A stretch of 64,000 nucleotides of DNA from Thermoplasmatales archaeon (GCA_020341795.1 CP070836.1:1535613-1599612); one strand, 5' to 3'. Shown: positions 1 through 10,385, counted from the first letter of the stretch. Notes: a model not told the origin generated them from the letters alone. Numbers and translations: made by a program.

Positions 1-34
1 CGCCGTAAACCTCAAATTTTGTTAAATTCTCCAT
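1..34 (-). CDS. 5' end of a gene running off the window (MENLTKFEVYG...)
   Basis: ATG at 34 on the minus strand, preceded by a GGGGG SD-like tract; divergent from the SDR gene. Confidence 0.55.
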   Translation of the reverse strand, partial: MENLTKFEVYG

Positions 35-170
35 AATAACCCCCAGCTATAATATAGCTACAATATAGTTATATAAATTATACATATAAAGCTTTTTATA
101 ATCTTATACTTACCAAAAAATAAAATAACAAGAGAATAGCTATCGATTTTCGATTTTGGAGGATTATATA

Positions 171-914
171 ATGGAATTAAAAGGTAAGTCAGCTATAGTA
201 ACAGGTGGAAGCATAGGAATTGGTGCAACTATTGCAATTGAACTCGCCAAAGCAGGTGCAAATATAGCAATAAATTATCGAAAACATGATACTGAAGCAA
301 AAGAGGTGGCAAAAAAAATTGAGAATATAGGTAAAAAATGTCTGGTAATAAAGGCTGATGTTACAAGTTACAAAGATGCTGAGGCTATGTTTAAAAAGAC
401 TTTAAAAGAATTTGGAAGAATAGATTTTTTAATATGTAATGCGGGAATTAATAAAGATCGAGTTATTTGGAAGATGAGTGAGGCTGATTGGGATAATGTA
501 ATAAATGTAAATCTCAAGGGATATTTCATATACAACAAGCTTGCCTCAGAGCATTTTAAAGAAAGACGGTCTGGAAAAATCATTAATATAACATCTATAA
601 ATGGATTAAGGGGAAAATTCGGACAAACCAATTATTCTGCTTCAAAAGGTGGAATAATTGCACTTACAAAAGCACTTGCAAAAGAGGTTGGAAAATTCAA
701 TGTTAATGTTAACGCTGTTGCTCCTGGTATGGTTATGACCGAGATGGCAAAGAAAATACCTCCAGAGTTTCTCCAAAAGGCAGTTGATGAAACCGTTCTA
801 GGGCGTATAGCAACAACTGAAGATATTGCTAATGTTGTTGTTTTTCTTTGTAGTGAAAAATCACGACATATAACTGGTGAAGTAATCAAAGTTGATGGTG
901 GGCAATATATATAG
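171..914 (+). CDS. fabG: Short-chain dehydrogenase/reductase, FabG/3-oxoacyl-CoA reductase-like
   Basis: TGGSIGIG Rossmann motif, NAG, YSASK catalytic motif, C-terminal VDGG; start moved to ATG 171 after GGAGG SD. Confidence 0.85.
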   Translation: MELKGKSAIVTGGSIGIGATIAIELAKAGANIAINYRKHDTEAKEVAKKIENIGKKCLVIKADVTSYKDAEAMFKKTLKEFGRIDFLICNAGINKDRVIWKMSEADWDNVINVNLKGYFIYNKLASEHFKERRSGKIINITSINGLRGKFGQTNYSASKGGIIALTKALAKEVGKFNVNVNAVAPGMVMTEMAKKIPPEFLQKAVDETVLGRIATTEDIANVVVFLCSEKSRHITGEVIKVDGGQYI

Positions 915-917
915 GAT

Positions 918-2081
918 GTGGTTGAAATAGTTAAAGTAGGTATTGTAGGAATTGGTCATGGTCGATTTGGAAATCGTAACGATGCAACTGTTCAGGAACT
1001 TGCATTTGAACCTTTTAAACAAGCAATTCAGGATGCTAAAAATCTCCGAAGAGAAGATATTGATGCTTTAGTTGTTGGTTCAGTTCCAGAATATCATATG
1101 CAACGTTCTCTACCTGGTGTTGTTGCTGAATATGTGGGTATGAATCCAAAATCAACCTGGCTTACTGAAGCTGCTTGTGCTTCTGGTAGTGCTGCTATAC
1201 GTACTGCTTATATGGCTGTTAAATCTGGTATGCATGATATTGTCGCTGTAATTGGTGTTCAAAAAATGAGAGAACTATCAACAGATGAAATTCTTGCACT
1301 AATGGGAAGAGTTGGAGATGTTCAATGGGAATCAATTTTTGGAACAACATTTCCAGGTTATTATGCATTTTATGCAAGCAGACATATGCATGAGTTTGGA
1401 ACGACTATGGAACAAATGGCGCAAATAGCAGTAAAAAATCATCATTATGGTGCAATGAATCCAAATTCTTTTTTTCAAAAAGAAGTCACAGTAGAAAGAA
1501 TACTAAAATCTGAAGAAGTTGCTTTTCCATTAAAGGTTTTTGATTGCTGTGCAAATGCAGACGGTGCTGCATGTGTTATTATGACAAATGAAAAACTTGC
1601 AAAAAAACTAAATGATTCCCCCGTTTGGTTTGAAGGTATGGGTTCAGCATCTGCAGCAATGTCACTTTTACGTAGACCAAACCTTTATGAAATCCCCAGT
1701 GCAGTTGAAGCCGGAAAACAAGCATATAAACTGGCAAATGTTAAACCATCTGATATCCAAGTAGCAGAGGTTCATGACTGCTTTACTATTGCTGAAATTA
1801 TGGCCTACGAAAACCTTGGATTCTGTGATAAAGGTAAAGGTGGAAAGTTCATAGAAGATAAACAATCCTATATTGGTGGTAAAACACCTGTTAATGTTGA
1901 TGGAGGACTAAAAGCAAAAGGTCATCCAGTAGGAGCCACTGGAGTTTCAATGACTGTTGAAATTGTAAAGCAACTCCGAGGAATCGCAGGTAAAAGACAG
2001 GTTCCAGATGCACAAATTGGACTGACTCATAATGTCGGTGGTATTGGACAATACACTTTTGTAAACATTTTACGGAGGTGA
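918..2081 (+). CDS. Archaeal/SCP2-type thiolase (acetyl-CoA C-acyltransferase)
   Basis: EAACASG (catalytic Cys), EVHDCF, GHPVGATG and HNVGG motifs. Confidence 0.9.
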   Translation: MVEIVKVGIVGIGHGRFGNRNDATVQELAFEPFKQAIQDAKNLRREDIDALVVGSVPEYHMQRSLPGVVAEYVGMNPKSTWLTEAACASGSAAIRTAYMAVKSGMHDIVAVIGVQKMRELSTDEILALMGRVGDVQWESIFGTTFPGYYAFYASRHMHEFGTTMEQMAQIAVKNHHYGAMNPNSFFQKEVTVERILKSEEVAFPLKVFDCCANADGAACVIMTNEKLAKKLNDSPVWFEGMGSASAAMSLLRRPNLYEIPSAVEAGKQAYKLANVKPSDIQVAEVHDCFTIAEIMAYENLGFCDKGKGGKFIEDKQSYIGGKTPVNVDGGLKAKGHPVGATGVSMTVEIVKQLRGIAGKRQVPDAQIGLTHNVGGIGQYTFVNILRR

Positions 2082-2085
2082 AAAA

Positions 2086-2505
2086 ATTCCATTTAAATAT
2101 TTTGGAAAAATCAATTTTACACCATATACTAAAGTCGATAAGTTTGCTGACTATCTTCACAAAGGAAAACTTATGGGAACAAAATGTGAAAAATGTGGTG
2201 AAATATATTTTCCTCCACGAGCAGATTGTTTAAAATGTCTAAATGATAAGATAGAATGGATGGAATATTCAGGTAAAGGAATACTTCAAAGCTTTACTAC
2301 AATACATGCTGCTCCTAAAGGATTTGAAGATATTGCACCTTATACTTTGGGCATTGTTGATCTTAAAGAAGGTGGACGATTGATTGCATGGACAAAAGAT
2401 ATATCTGAGGAAGAATTAAGAATTGGAATGTCTGTAAAGATTGTACCACGTATTTTTGAGGAAATACCTGAAATTAAGCTATATTACACTATTGAAAAAC
2501 CTTAG
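2086..2505 (+). CDS. DUF35 Zn-ribbon/OB-fold protein (thiolase partner); probable ATT start
   Basis: CxxC...FPPR..CxxC Zn ribbon plus OB fold; frame open upstream of ATG 2173 to ATT 2086, which lies 5 nt after GGAGGTG. Confidence 0.85.
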   Translation: MPFKYFGKINFTPYTKVDKFADYLHKGKLMGTKCEKCGEIYFPPRADCLKCLNDKIEWMEYSGKGILQSFTTIHAAPKGFEDIAPYTLGIVDLKEGGRLIAWTKDISEEELRIGMSVKIVPRIFEEIPEIKLYYTIEKP

Positions 2506-3644
2506 GATTCAACTTTTTTTAATGGTTTTGGAAGTACTGCTTCAATTAATGCATCATCAAAAGGATGTCCTTCAGCAATGAGTTGCCTGTATTTTACAAA
2601 ATCAATAACATCTTTTCCTGTTATTTTTTTGTTATTAAACGCATGAAATCCTAAGTAGGCTTCAGTTTGCATATTAGCAGAGAGCCAATGTCGATTTGCA
2701 AGTTTTGCCTGATCCCAGAAAAACTTCTTTTTCATTCTTATTCCATCTATTGATTTAATTAAACAACCTGGCATAAGATTTGTAAAAGTCCAAAGAATTT
2801 TGTCTACTTCTTTATCTAGTAATGTAAAATCAGTTAGTGTTGATTTAATGACTTTTCTTGCTTTTTTAAATTCTTCCCCTTTAAGAAAATCTCCATATAC
2901 AATTTCTCCATCCTCTATATATTTATCTGTTATAACTGTTGGATTTCTTATAAATTTATTACCCTTTTTTAGCACTGGTACTACTTTACTAATTAGACCT
3001 AATCGTTTTGTTTTATATGAAGACCATAATTCACATGATATACAATTCCACATTGCATCTTCTATTCCTAGTAACCATGGTAGGAAATCAGTTGATCCTC
3101 CATCAGGTGCAGAGCCATGTCTTGGTCCTGCTTGACCAAATATTGCCAAATCAGATGATACTGCAATATCACAAGCCATACCTATTTCTTGACCGCCTGC
3201 AACTCTCATCCCGTTTACACGACATATAGTAGGTTTTTTACAGTTCAAAATTGAATCAACCATAGCATTGAATAAGTCCATATATTGACCATATTCATTA
3301 GGTTTCCCACTGTAGTATTCTGCATATTCTTTGGTATTTCCACCAGTGCAGAATGCTTTATCACCAACTGCAGTAAAAATTGCTGCTACAACACTTCGAT
3401 CCATTGATGCTTTGTGAAAACCAGCAATTACTCCTTTAACCATTTCTGTAGTATATGAGTTATATTGTGCAGGATTGTTTAAAATAATCCAAGCAGAATT
3501 TAATCCATTTATTTTTTTTCCCTCATTATCAACTATTGGTTTTAATTTAAAAATGACACCTGGTGCATCTTCACTAAAATATTCATTTCCCCATAAATTA
3601 TGATCTTTTAATTCATTATCATTTGGTAACCAATCTAAACTCAT
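2502..3644 (-). CDS. oah: 6-oxocyclohex-1-ene-1-carbonyl-CoA hydrolase (ring-opening, BamA/Oah)
   Basis: Long crotonase with NPAQYNSYTT, AFCTGGNTKEYAEYY, QAGPRHGSAPDGGSTDFL signatures of Oah/BamA. Confidence 0.9.
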   Translation of the reverse strand: MSLDWLPNDNELKDHNLWGNEYFSEDAPGVIFKLKPIVDNEGKKINGLNSAWIILNNPAQYNSYTTEMVKGVIAGFHKASMDRSVVAAIFTAVGDKAFCTGGNTKEYAEYYSGKPNEYGQYMDLFNAMVDSILNCKKPTICRVNGMRVAGGQEIGMACDIAVSSDLAIFGQAGPRHGSAPDGGSTDFLPWLLGIEDAMWNCISCELWSSYKTKRLGLISKVVPVLKKGNKFIRNPTVITDKYIEDGEIVYGDFLKGEEFKKARKVIKSTLTDFTLLDKEVDKILWTFTNLMPGCLIKSIDGIRMKKKFFWDQAKLANRHWLSANMQTEAYLGFHAFNNKKITGKDVIDFVKYRQLIAEGHPFDDALIEAVLPKPLKKVES

Positions 3645-3785
3645 ATCTATCCTCCCTCAATTTAGAAATAATGTGGTAGAGCTGAATGATATTTTATTAT
3701 TTATATCTTTTTTAATCTAGAAAAAAAACTCAAATAAATAATGTTAAATACCATATTATAATATCACAGACACCGGGGGAAAGAT

Positions 3786-4958
3786 ATGAAAGCTGCAGTT
3801 TTATATGGAAAGGAAGAATTGAATATTGTAACTGATTTTGAAAATCCTATAATGAATGAATCAGATGTTTTAATTCAATCAAAATATACAGGTTTATGTA
3901 GTACTGATCGTACTCTTTATCGGGGTTATGTTCCATTTAAACCACCATTAATAATTGGTCACGAAATTGCAGGAGTAATTAAGGAATTAGGTAAATCTGC
4001 TTCAGGTTTGGAAGTTGGTGATCATGTAATCATACCACCAGTTTATCCTGGTTGTCAAAATGAAAACTGTCTAGCATGCAGAGAAGGATTAACAAATAGA
4101 TGTAAAAATTCTGTATTTATAGGACATGGTGTTAACGGTGGAAATGCTGAATTAATCTCAGTTCCATCAAGATACACATTCAAAATAAATGATAAAGTAC
4201 CATTAGATGAAGCATGTATTATCCCTGATGCTATTTCAACACCATTTCATGCTTTAAAAAGTAGATCAGTACCTTTGCATATTATTCAAAACAGTTCAAA
4301 TTCAAATAAATTGTTTGATTATAAGAGTCATTGGTTAAATGGAAAAAATGTTGTTGTTTTTGGTGTAGGTGGGGTTGGTGGACCTACTGTTAATCTTGCT
4401 GCAAAATATTTCAAAGCAAAAAATGTAGTTGCAGTTGATGTTTTAGATAATAAATTAAAGTTTGCAAAAGATCTAGGAGCTACATATACAGTTAATTCAA
4501 ATACTTATTTTGAGGAAAACAATATTCCAATTAAAGAAATAAGTGGGCGTGATAAAGCAAAAGCAATATCAGGTCTTGCTCGACATATATCCTCAAATTT
4601 AGCCGAAGATAAATTTCAGGTTGACTGTGTACTTGATTGCTCTGGAGTACCAGATACTTTTCCTGTAGCAATTGAAACAGTTAGTAAAAATCGAGTAGTA
4701 ATTCAAGTAGGGTGGCCCCCGAAACCTGTTCGTGAGTTTCTTAATCAGAAAATCATGGATAAATATCTTACAATAAATGGTACATGGGCATGTCCTATGA
4801 ACGAAATGGCAGAAAATGTAAAAGCTGTGGAGGATGGAATTATAGATCTTGATTTACTCGTTACAAACAAAGATTATACATTGGATAGATTAGAAAATGC
4901 AATATTTGATCTTGAAGCAGGGAAAATCCTTGGTCGAGCAACTATTAATATCAAATGA
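3786..4958 (+). CDS. had: Zn-dependent dehydrogenase, probable 6-hydroxycyclohex-1-ene-1-carbonyl-CoA dehydrogenase
   Basis: MDR motifs GLCSTD, GHE, structural-Zn Cys cluster, GVGGVG; positioned between oah and dch. Confidence 0.7.
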   Translation: MKAAVLYGKEELNIVTDFENPIMNESDVLIQSKYTGLCSTDRTLYRGYVPFKPPLIIGHEIAGVIKELGKSASGLEVGDHVIIPPVYPGCQNENCLACREGLTNRCKNSVFIGHGVNGGNAELISVPSRYTFKINDKVPLDEACIIPDAISTPFHALKSRSVPLHIIQNSSNSNKLFDYKSHWLNGKNVVVFGVGGVGGPTVNLAAKYFKAKNVVAVDVLDNKLKFAKDLGATYTVNSNTYFEENNIPIKEISGRDKAKAISGLARHISSNLAEDKFQVDCVLDCSGVPDTFPVAIETVSKNRVVIQVGWPPKPVREFLNQKIMDKYLTINGTWACPMNEMAENVKAVEDGIIDLDLLVTNKDYTLDRLENAIFDLEAGKILGRATINIK

Positions 4959-4968
4959 GGTGAAAAAT

Positions 4969-5736
4969 ATGAAATATAACACAATAATAGTTGAAGAAAA
5001 AGATATGATAGGAAAAATAACATTCAATAGACCACCTCTTAATGTATTAAATATTGAAATGATGAAGGAGATAAACCAAGCACTTAAAGAATTTCAAAGT
5101 AAATCATTGAAGTTGTTAATTATTACTGCAGAGGGTAAGGCATTCTCAGCTGGTGTTGATATATCTGATCATACAAAAGAAAAAGTAAACGAGATGATAC
5201 AGGTTTTTCATGAGATTTTTACTAATTTACTTAAAATTAAAGCTCCTACAATTGCACTTGTGAATGGTGCAGCATTGGGAGGAGGTTGTGAAGTTGTGAT
5301 GTTTTGTGATATTGTTATTGCTTCTGAGAAATCTAAATTTGGACAACCTGAAATAAAAGTGGGAGTGCTTCCTCCAGTAGCAGCAGCTGTTTTCCCAAGG
5401 CTAATTTGGAGTAAAAAAGCACTTGAGCTTATTGTTACTGGTGATATCATAAAAGCTGATGAGGCAAAAAATCTAGGACTTGTTAATCATGTTTTCCCTG
5501 TAGAAAGTTTCAAAGAAGAATCAGAAAAGTTTATAACTGAGAAGCTTGCAAGTAATAGCGCGGTTGTCATGCAGCTTACAAAAAGAGCTTTTATTGAAGG
5601 CGCTACTCAAAATTATTCAAATTCGATTAAGAAAATTGAGGATATTTACCTAAATGAATTGATGAAAACCAATGATGCAAATGAGGGACTAGCTGCATTT
5701 ATGGAGAAAAGACAACCTATTTGGAAAAATAAATAA
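4969..5736 (+). CDS. dch: Enoyl-CoA hydratase, probable cyclohexa-1,5-dienecarbonyl-CoA hydratase
   Basis: AFSAGVDISDH, GGGCE, GQPEIKVGVLPP, EDIYLNELMKTNDANEG typical of Dch; start after GAGGTGA SD. Confidence 0.75.
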   Translation: MKYNTIIVEEKDMIGKITFNRPPLNVLNIEMMKEINQALKEFQSKSLKLLIITAEGKAFSAGVDISDHTKEKVNEMIQVFHEIFTNLLKIKAPTIALVNGAALGGGCEVVMFCDIVIASEKSKFGQPEIKVGVLPPVAAAVFPRLIWSKKALELIVTGDIIKADEAKNLGLVNHVFPVESFKEESEKFITEKLASNSAVVMQLTKRAFIEGATQNYSNSIKKIEDIYLNELMKTNDANEGLAAFMEKRQPIWKNK

Positions 5737-5741
5737 ATCAA

Positions 5742-7781
5742 TTATTTTCCTTTAAACACTGGTCTTTTTCTCATGATTACTGAATTTAAACCTTCAAGAG
5801 CATCCTCTGTTGAAAATATTTCTTCAAGATGACTGAGTTCTATTTCTAAACCTTCACTAAGATTAACTTGACTTCCTTCATCTATTATTTTATTAGAAAT
5901 TTCAATTGCAAGAGGTGCTTTATATGATATTGTTTTTGAAATCTTTTGTCCAAGTTCATTAAGATCACCTCTTCCTGACAAAATGTTTTGTACATTATTA
6001 TCTGAGAAATAATTTTTGATTTTTTGGAAATTATCTGGAAGTATTATTTCTCCTTTCATTGATTTCTTAATAATTTTTCCACTATTAATCAGCTCAAAAA
6101 TTTTATCATCTATCTCATCAGGGGGAACAACATATTCGATTAGTCCAATTGACTTAGCGGTTTTTGCATCAAGGATCTCTCCAGTAAATATAAGGTATTT
6201 TGCTAGTTCTTTTCCAATATAATGTGTTATTCTCTGAGTACCACCAAGACCTGGATATATACCAATCCCTGTTTCAGGGAATCCTATACAACCTTTATCT
6301 GTCGCTATAATTGTATCAGCTGATAATGCTATTTCAGCACCTCCTCCTAGTGCCAAACCATCTAGTTTAGTAATTATAATTTTTTCAGAATTATCAATTT
6401 TATTAAGTACGTTATGTCCATTTCTTGTGAATCTGCATATATCTTGGATTTTATTTTCTTTAATTTTTTTAATAAAGTATTGAATATCAGCTCCTGCGAT
6501 GAAGGCTTTTCCAGCACCTTCAAAAACTATTCCTTTTACTTTTGGATCATTGTTTGCTTTTGTAAATTGTTTATCAATTTGTTGAATCACTTTTTCGTTT
6601 ATTGCATTCATTGCCTCAGGTCTATTTATTATTATTTTCGCAATGTCGTCTTTTATGATTAAATCAACAAAGTTAAAACTCCAATTAACTTTTTTTTCAT
6701 ATTGTTGTTTTAAAACTGATGGTATATTTATTTTTGGATATTTTCTTAGAAATTTTTCTACAATTTCATATGAACGTTCTATTCCATATTTATTCATCAT
6801 TTCAAATGGTCCTATACTCCACCTAAGCCCTACTTTTGCTCCTCTGTCGATATCCTCGATACTTGTTATATTTTCTTGTAAAAGTGCATTAGATACCATG
6901 AACACTGTGCCAAGTAAACGTTCTTCTACGACTACTAAATTAGATTCGTCAATTTCGCCGTTTAAATTCCATAATTCACCTTTGTCAATCTGATTTTTTA
7001 GACAATTGCTTGGCAAATAAAATTCACCTAATTTATCTCCTAGACCTAGACAAGAATGATATGCAATAGTAGGTCCAGTTACATTCATTAATTCAAAAGG
7101 TCCCATTGGAACTTTAAAAATTTTTTTTGCTATATCGTCAATGGTGGGGATATTAGCCAGATCTTCCTCAAAAATTCGAGTAGCTTCATTAAGCCAAGGT
7201 ACAAAAAATCGGTTTACTGCAAAACCTGGTGAATCTTTAACATGTATAGCAGTTTTACCTATCATATGAGAAAATATATTAGAAATATCTAGAGTTACTT
7301 GATTAGTATACCTCCCAGGGATGATTTCCAATAGACGATTCATAGCAGGATGATAAAAGAAATGAAGACCTATGAATTGGTTTTTACGTTTTACTGATGA
7401 CGCTAAATCTGTAATTGAAAACGAAGATGTATTTGATGCAAGAATTGTTTTTTCATTACATATTTCGTCTAAATTTTTAAATAAATCTCTTTTTATTTTG
7501 ATATCTTCAAATACTGCTTCAATGACAATATCAGTATCTTTAACCTCAACTATACTAGTTGATCCTTTTATATGATTTAGTATTTGTTTAATTTGTTCTC
7601 CCGAAAATATCTTTCGTTCTACAGCTTTTAATAATGTTCTTTTGATATTGTCAAGACCTTTTTGAATAAACTTATTATTAATATCTACTAATATTACATC
7701 GAATCCTTCTTGTGCAATCTTTTGTGCAATCCCGCTCCCCATATTACCTGCGCCTATGATTCCTATTTTTTTTATCTTCAT
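5742..7781 (-). CDS. 3-hydroxyacyl-CoA dehydrogenase / enoyl-CoA hydratase fusion
   Basis: N-terminal GAGNMG, ASNTSS and GLHFF HAD motifs; C-terminal crotonase domain (AFIAGADI, GGGAE, FPE). Confidence 0.9.
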   Translation of the reverse strand: MKIKKIGIIGAGNMGSGIAQKIAQEGFDVILVDINNKFIQKGLDNIKRTLLKAVERKIFSGEQIKQILNHIKGSTSIVEVKDTDIVIEAVFEDIKIKRDLFKNLDEICNEKTILASNTSSFSITDLASSVKRKNQFIGLHFFYHPAMNRLLEIIPGRYTNQVTLDISNIFSHMIGKTAIHVKDSPGFAVNRFFVPWLNEATRIFEEDLANIPTIDDIAKKIFKVPMGPFELMNVTGPTIAYHSCLGLGDKLGEFYLPSNCLKNQIDKGELWNLNGEIDESNLVVVEERLLGTVFMVSNALLQENITSIEDIDRGAKVGLRWSIGPFEMMNKYGIERSYEIVEKFLRKYPKINIPSVLKQQYEKKVNWSFNFVDLIIKDDIAKIIINRPEAMNAINEKVIQQIDKQFTKANNDPKVKGIVFEGAGKAFIAGADIQYFIKKIKENKIQDICRFTRNGHNVLNKIDNSEKIIITKLDGLALGGGAEIALSADTIIATDKGCIGFPETGIGIYPGLGGTQRITHYIGKELAKYLIFTGEILDAKTAKSIGLIEYVVPPDEIDDKIFELINSGKIIKKSMKGEIILPDNFQKIKNYFSDNNVQNILSGRGDLNELGQKISKTISYKAPLAIEISNKIIDEGSQVNLSEGLEIELSHLEEIFSTEDALEGLNSVIMRKRPVFKGK

Positions 7782-7817
7782 ATTTTTACTCCTTTTTAAA
7801 AAATATTTTAACTTAAA

Positions 7818-9026
7818 TTAGTCAACTTTAACATTTAGAACAATAGCAGCTCCTGTGTCACCTGCAGCACAACCATCAAATAGTCCATATCCTCCGCCTT
7901 TAATAACTAATTCTTCAATTAATTCCATTATTAACCTTGCTCCAGTAGGTCCCTGTGGATGACCATAGATAAGGGATGAACCATAGTTATTCATATCTTC
8001 CCATTTTATGTCCATTTCCCTACAGAAAAAGATGTCATTTACTGCGAAAGGATTATGTGATTTAATAGCAATTACATCTTTTATAGAAATATCTGCTTGT
8101 TTAAGAGCCTTTTTTGCAGCTGGGATTATTGCTTTTGCCATATAACCTTTTTTTGCTCTTCCTTCACCATAAGATAAAATTTGAATTTCGATGTTTTTCT
8201 TTTTTGCATATTTTTTTGCAGTTGCTTGATTAGTAACAATAATTCCACAGTTCCCATCTGCGGGATGTGTTTGGGTACCATAACTAACTGTACCATTTGG
8301 TAATACTGGTTTAAGTTTTTGAAGACCTTCTAATGTTGTAGGGTAAATACCTTCGTCACCTTCAACAGTTGCAATCACTTTTCGACCAGTTCGATTCTTA
8401 ACTTCTATAGGGTTTATCATATATTTTTTCTGAAAAGCACAATTATTTTTTAAAGAATCTTGATATTGTTTATATCTTAGCACTGTTATCCTATCTTGCT
8501 CATCTTTAGTAATTCCTTCTTCTTTAGCAACATTTTCTGCAGTTTCAATCATTGCATTTTTTGCATATGGGTCATTACCAAAATTATCCCAAACCCAGCT
8601 TTCTCTATCCTGAGTACCACCAGGAGCTTCTGGATTAGGGTATATAAGAATTGGACCATTGGAGCATCTATCTGCATATAATGCTAGTACATTTCTGTGA
8701 ACACCTGCATCTATACTTAATGCTGCAAATTCTATACATTTTGCACCTGTTGCACATGCTTGACCTATCATTGGACCAGTTACATGGTCAGCTCCTATCA
8801 TACCTGCAAGCCAAGGTGTACCATAAAATGAAGATATTTGAGGAATTGTTATACCTAAAACCAATTCATCAAAATCTTTTGGCGATATTTTACTTTCATC
8901 AAGAAACCTTTTTCCAATTTCTGCTACAAATTTTATTGAATGAAGATTTTGAAAACTACCTTGCCAACTACAAAATGGAGTACTCCAGTATCCTCCATAT
9001 GGAATATAAACATCTTTAAAAGCCAT
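7818..9026 (-). CDS. Thiolase family protein (acyl-CoA thiolase)
   Basis: QACATG, HNPFA, GHPQGPTG and CAAG motifs; start moved to MAFKDV after AGGTAGGTG. Confidence 0.85.
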   Translation of the reverse strand: MAFKDVYIPYGGYWSTPFCSWQGSFQNLHSIKFVAEIGKRFLDESKISPKDFDELVLGITIPQISSFYGTPWLAGMIGADHVTGPMIGQACATGAKCIEFAALSIDAGVHRNVLALYADRCSNGPILIYPNPEAPGGTQDRESWVWDNFGNDPYAKNAMIETAENVAKEEGITKDEQDRITVLRYKQYQDSLKNNCAFQKKYMINPIEVKNRTGRKVIATVEGDEGIYPTTLEGLQKLKPVLPNGTVSYGTQTHPADGNCGIIVTNQATAKKYAKKKNIEIQILSYGEGRAKKGYMAKAIIPAAKKALKQADISIKDVIAIKSHNPFAVNDIFFCREMDIKWEDMNNYGSSLIYGHPQGPTGARLIMELIEELVIKGGGYGLFDGCAAGDTGAAIVLNVKVD

Positions 9027-9182
9027 TAATACACCTACCTTACTTTCTATTAATTCCTCCATTCTCCCGTATAAAATTTATCATATAAATCCCTATCTTT
9101 TCATTTTTTCGACAAGGTTATTATACAGAATTAATTATTCCTACTACCCCTTAAAGGGGTTTTTCGGTGGAGGTGAAAATAG

Positions 9183-10385
9183 ATGGATTTTAGCTGGACA
9201 GATGAACAGGAAATTTGGAGAAAAACAGTACGTGATTTTGCACAAAAAAATATTACACCACGTGTTAGAGAAATAGATACAAATAAAAAAATACCAGATG
9301 AAATTATCAAAGGTATGGCAAAACTTGGACTTCTTGCTCCAACAGCATCTCAGGATTATGGTGGAGCTGGAGTTGATTGGACTATGGCATGTATCGCTGC
9401 AGAGGAGTTAGGACGTGCAGATATAAGCCTTGCAATCCCTGTACTTTATCTTGTAGAAGCATCATGGGGTTTTATATTTAGTCAATATGGTTCAAAAGAA
9501 TTAAGAGAAAAATATCTTCCAAAAATAACCTCAGGAGAAGCATTTTGTGGTATAGCTGTAACAGAACCTGAAGGAGGTTCTGATATAGTTGGAGCTGGAA
9601 AGACAAAAGGAGTCAAAAAAGGAAAAAATTGGATATTAAATGGTGAAAAAATATTCATCAGTGGTATAACAGAATCAACTAAATGGGGGGGAATTCATCT
9701 CACTCTTGCTCGAACAGATCCATCCGCAGGTCATAAAGGTTTCAGTTTTTTTGGTGTACCACTTAAGGATAATAAACAAATAAAAACTTCATTATTTGAA
9801 GATATGGGTAGAATGGGTATTTCAACTGGAGGTTTTGTTATGGAAAATGTTGAACTATCTGAACAAAATCTCATAGGTGAGCAAAATCGGGGTTTTTATT
9901 ATGCAATGGAAGGTTTTTCAGCGGCTCGTGTTTTAATTGGTGCAACCTGTGTTGGTGCAGCTGAAGCTGCTCTTGAATTAGGTAAAGAACATATCAAAAC
10001 CCGAAAAGCATTTGGGAAGCTTTTGGGGAGTTTTGAAGGTATACAATTTCCACTTGCGGAACATTATTGTAACCTTGAAAGTGTAAAACTTCTTAATTAT
10101 CGTGCAGCTTGGACTATGGATAAAATGTACAAAGAAAAAAAAGCATCTCATTACGATGTAGCGTTAGCTGCAGCGATGTCAAAACTTCGAGCACCAATAT
10201 ATGCATTTGGAGTTTTTAATGAAGTAGCTGATTGGTTTGGAGCTCTGGGTTATACAAAAGAATTCCCAGTGGAGATGGGAATCCGTGGTGTAAGATCCTA
10301 TTCAATTGGTGCTGAAGGTACAATGAATATAATGAGAATAATTATAGCAAGAGAATTACTTGGAAAAGAATTTTTACCATATTAA
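9183..10385 (+). CDS. Acyl-CoA dehydrogenase
   Basis: AVTEPEGGSD, NGEKIFIS, RKAFG and EGTMNI ACAD motifs. Confidence 0.9.
   Translation: MDFSWTDEQEIWRKTVRDFAQKNITPRVREIDTNKKIPDEIIKGMAKLGLLAPTASQDYGGAGVDWTMACIAAEELGRADISLAIPVLYLVEASWGFIFSQYGSKELREKYLPKITSGEAFCGIAVTEPEGGSDIVGAGKTKGVKKGKNWILNGEKIFISGITESTKWGGIHLTLARTDPSAGHKGFSFFGVPLKDNKQIKTSLFEDMGRMGISTGGFVMENVELSEQNLIGEQNRGFYYAMEGFSAARVLIGATCVGAAEAALELGKEHIKTRKAFGKLLGSFEGIQFPLAEHYCNLESVKLLNYRAAWTMDKMYKEKKASHYDVALAAAMSKLRAPIYAFGVFNEVADWFGALGYTKEFPVEMGIRGVRSYSIGAEGTMNIMRIIIARELLGKEFLPY

Noticed and set aside
3753-3764. ATATTATAATAT palindrome between oah and had
   Set aside because: Pure A/T palindrome, expected by chance in this AT-rich genome
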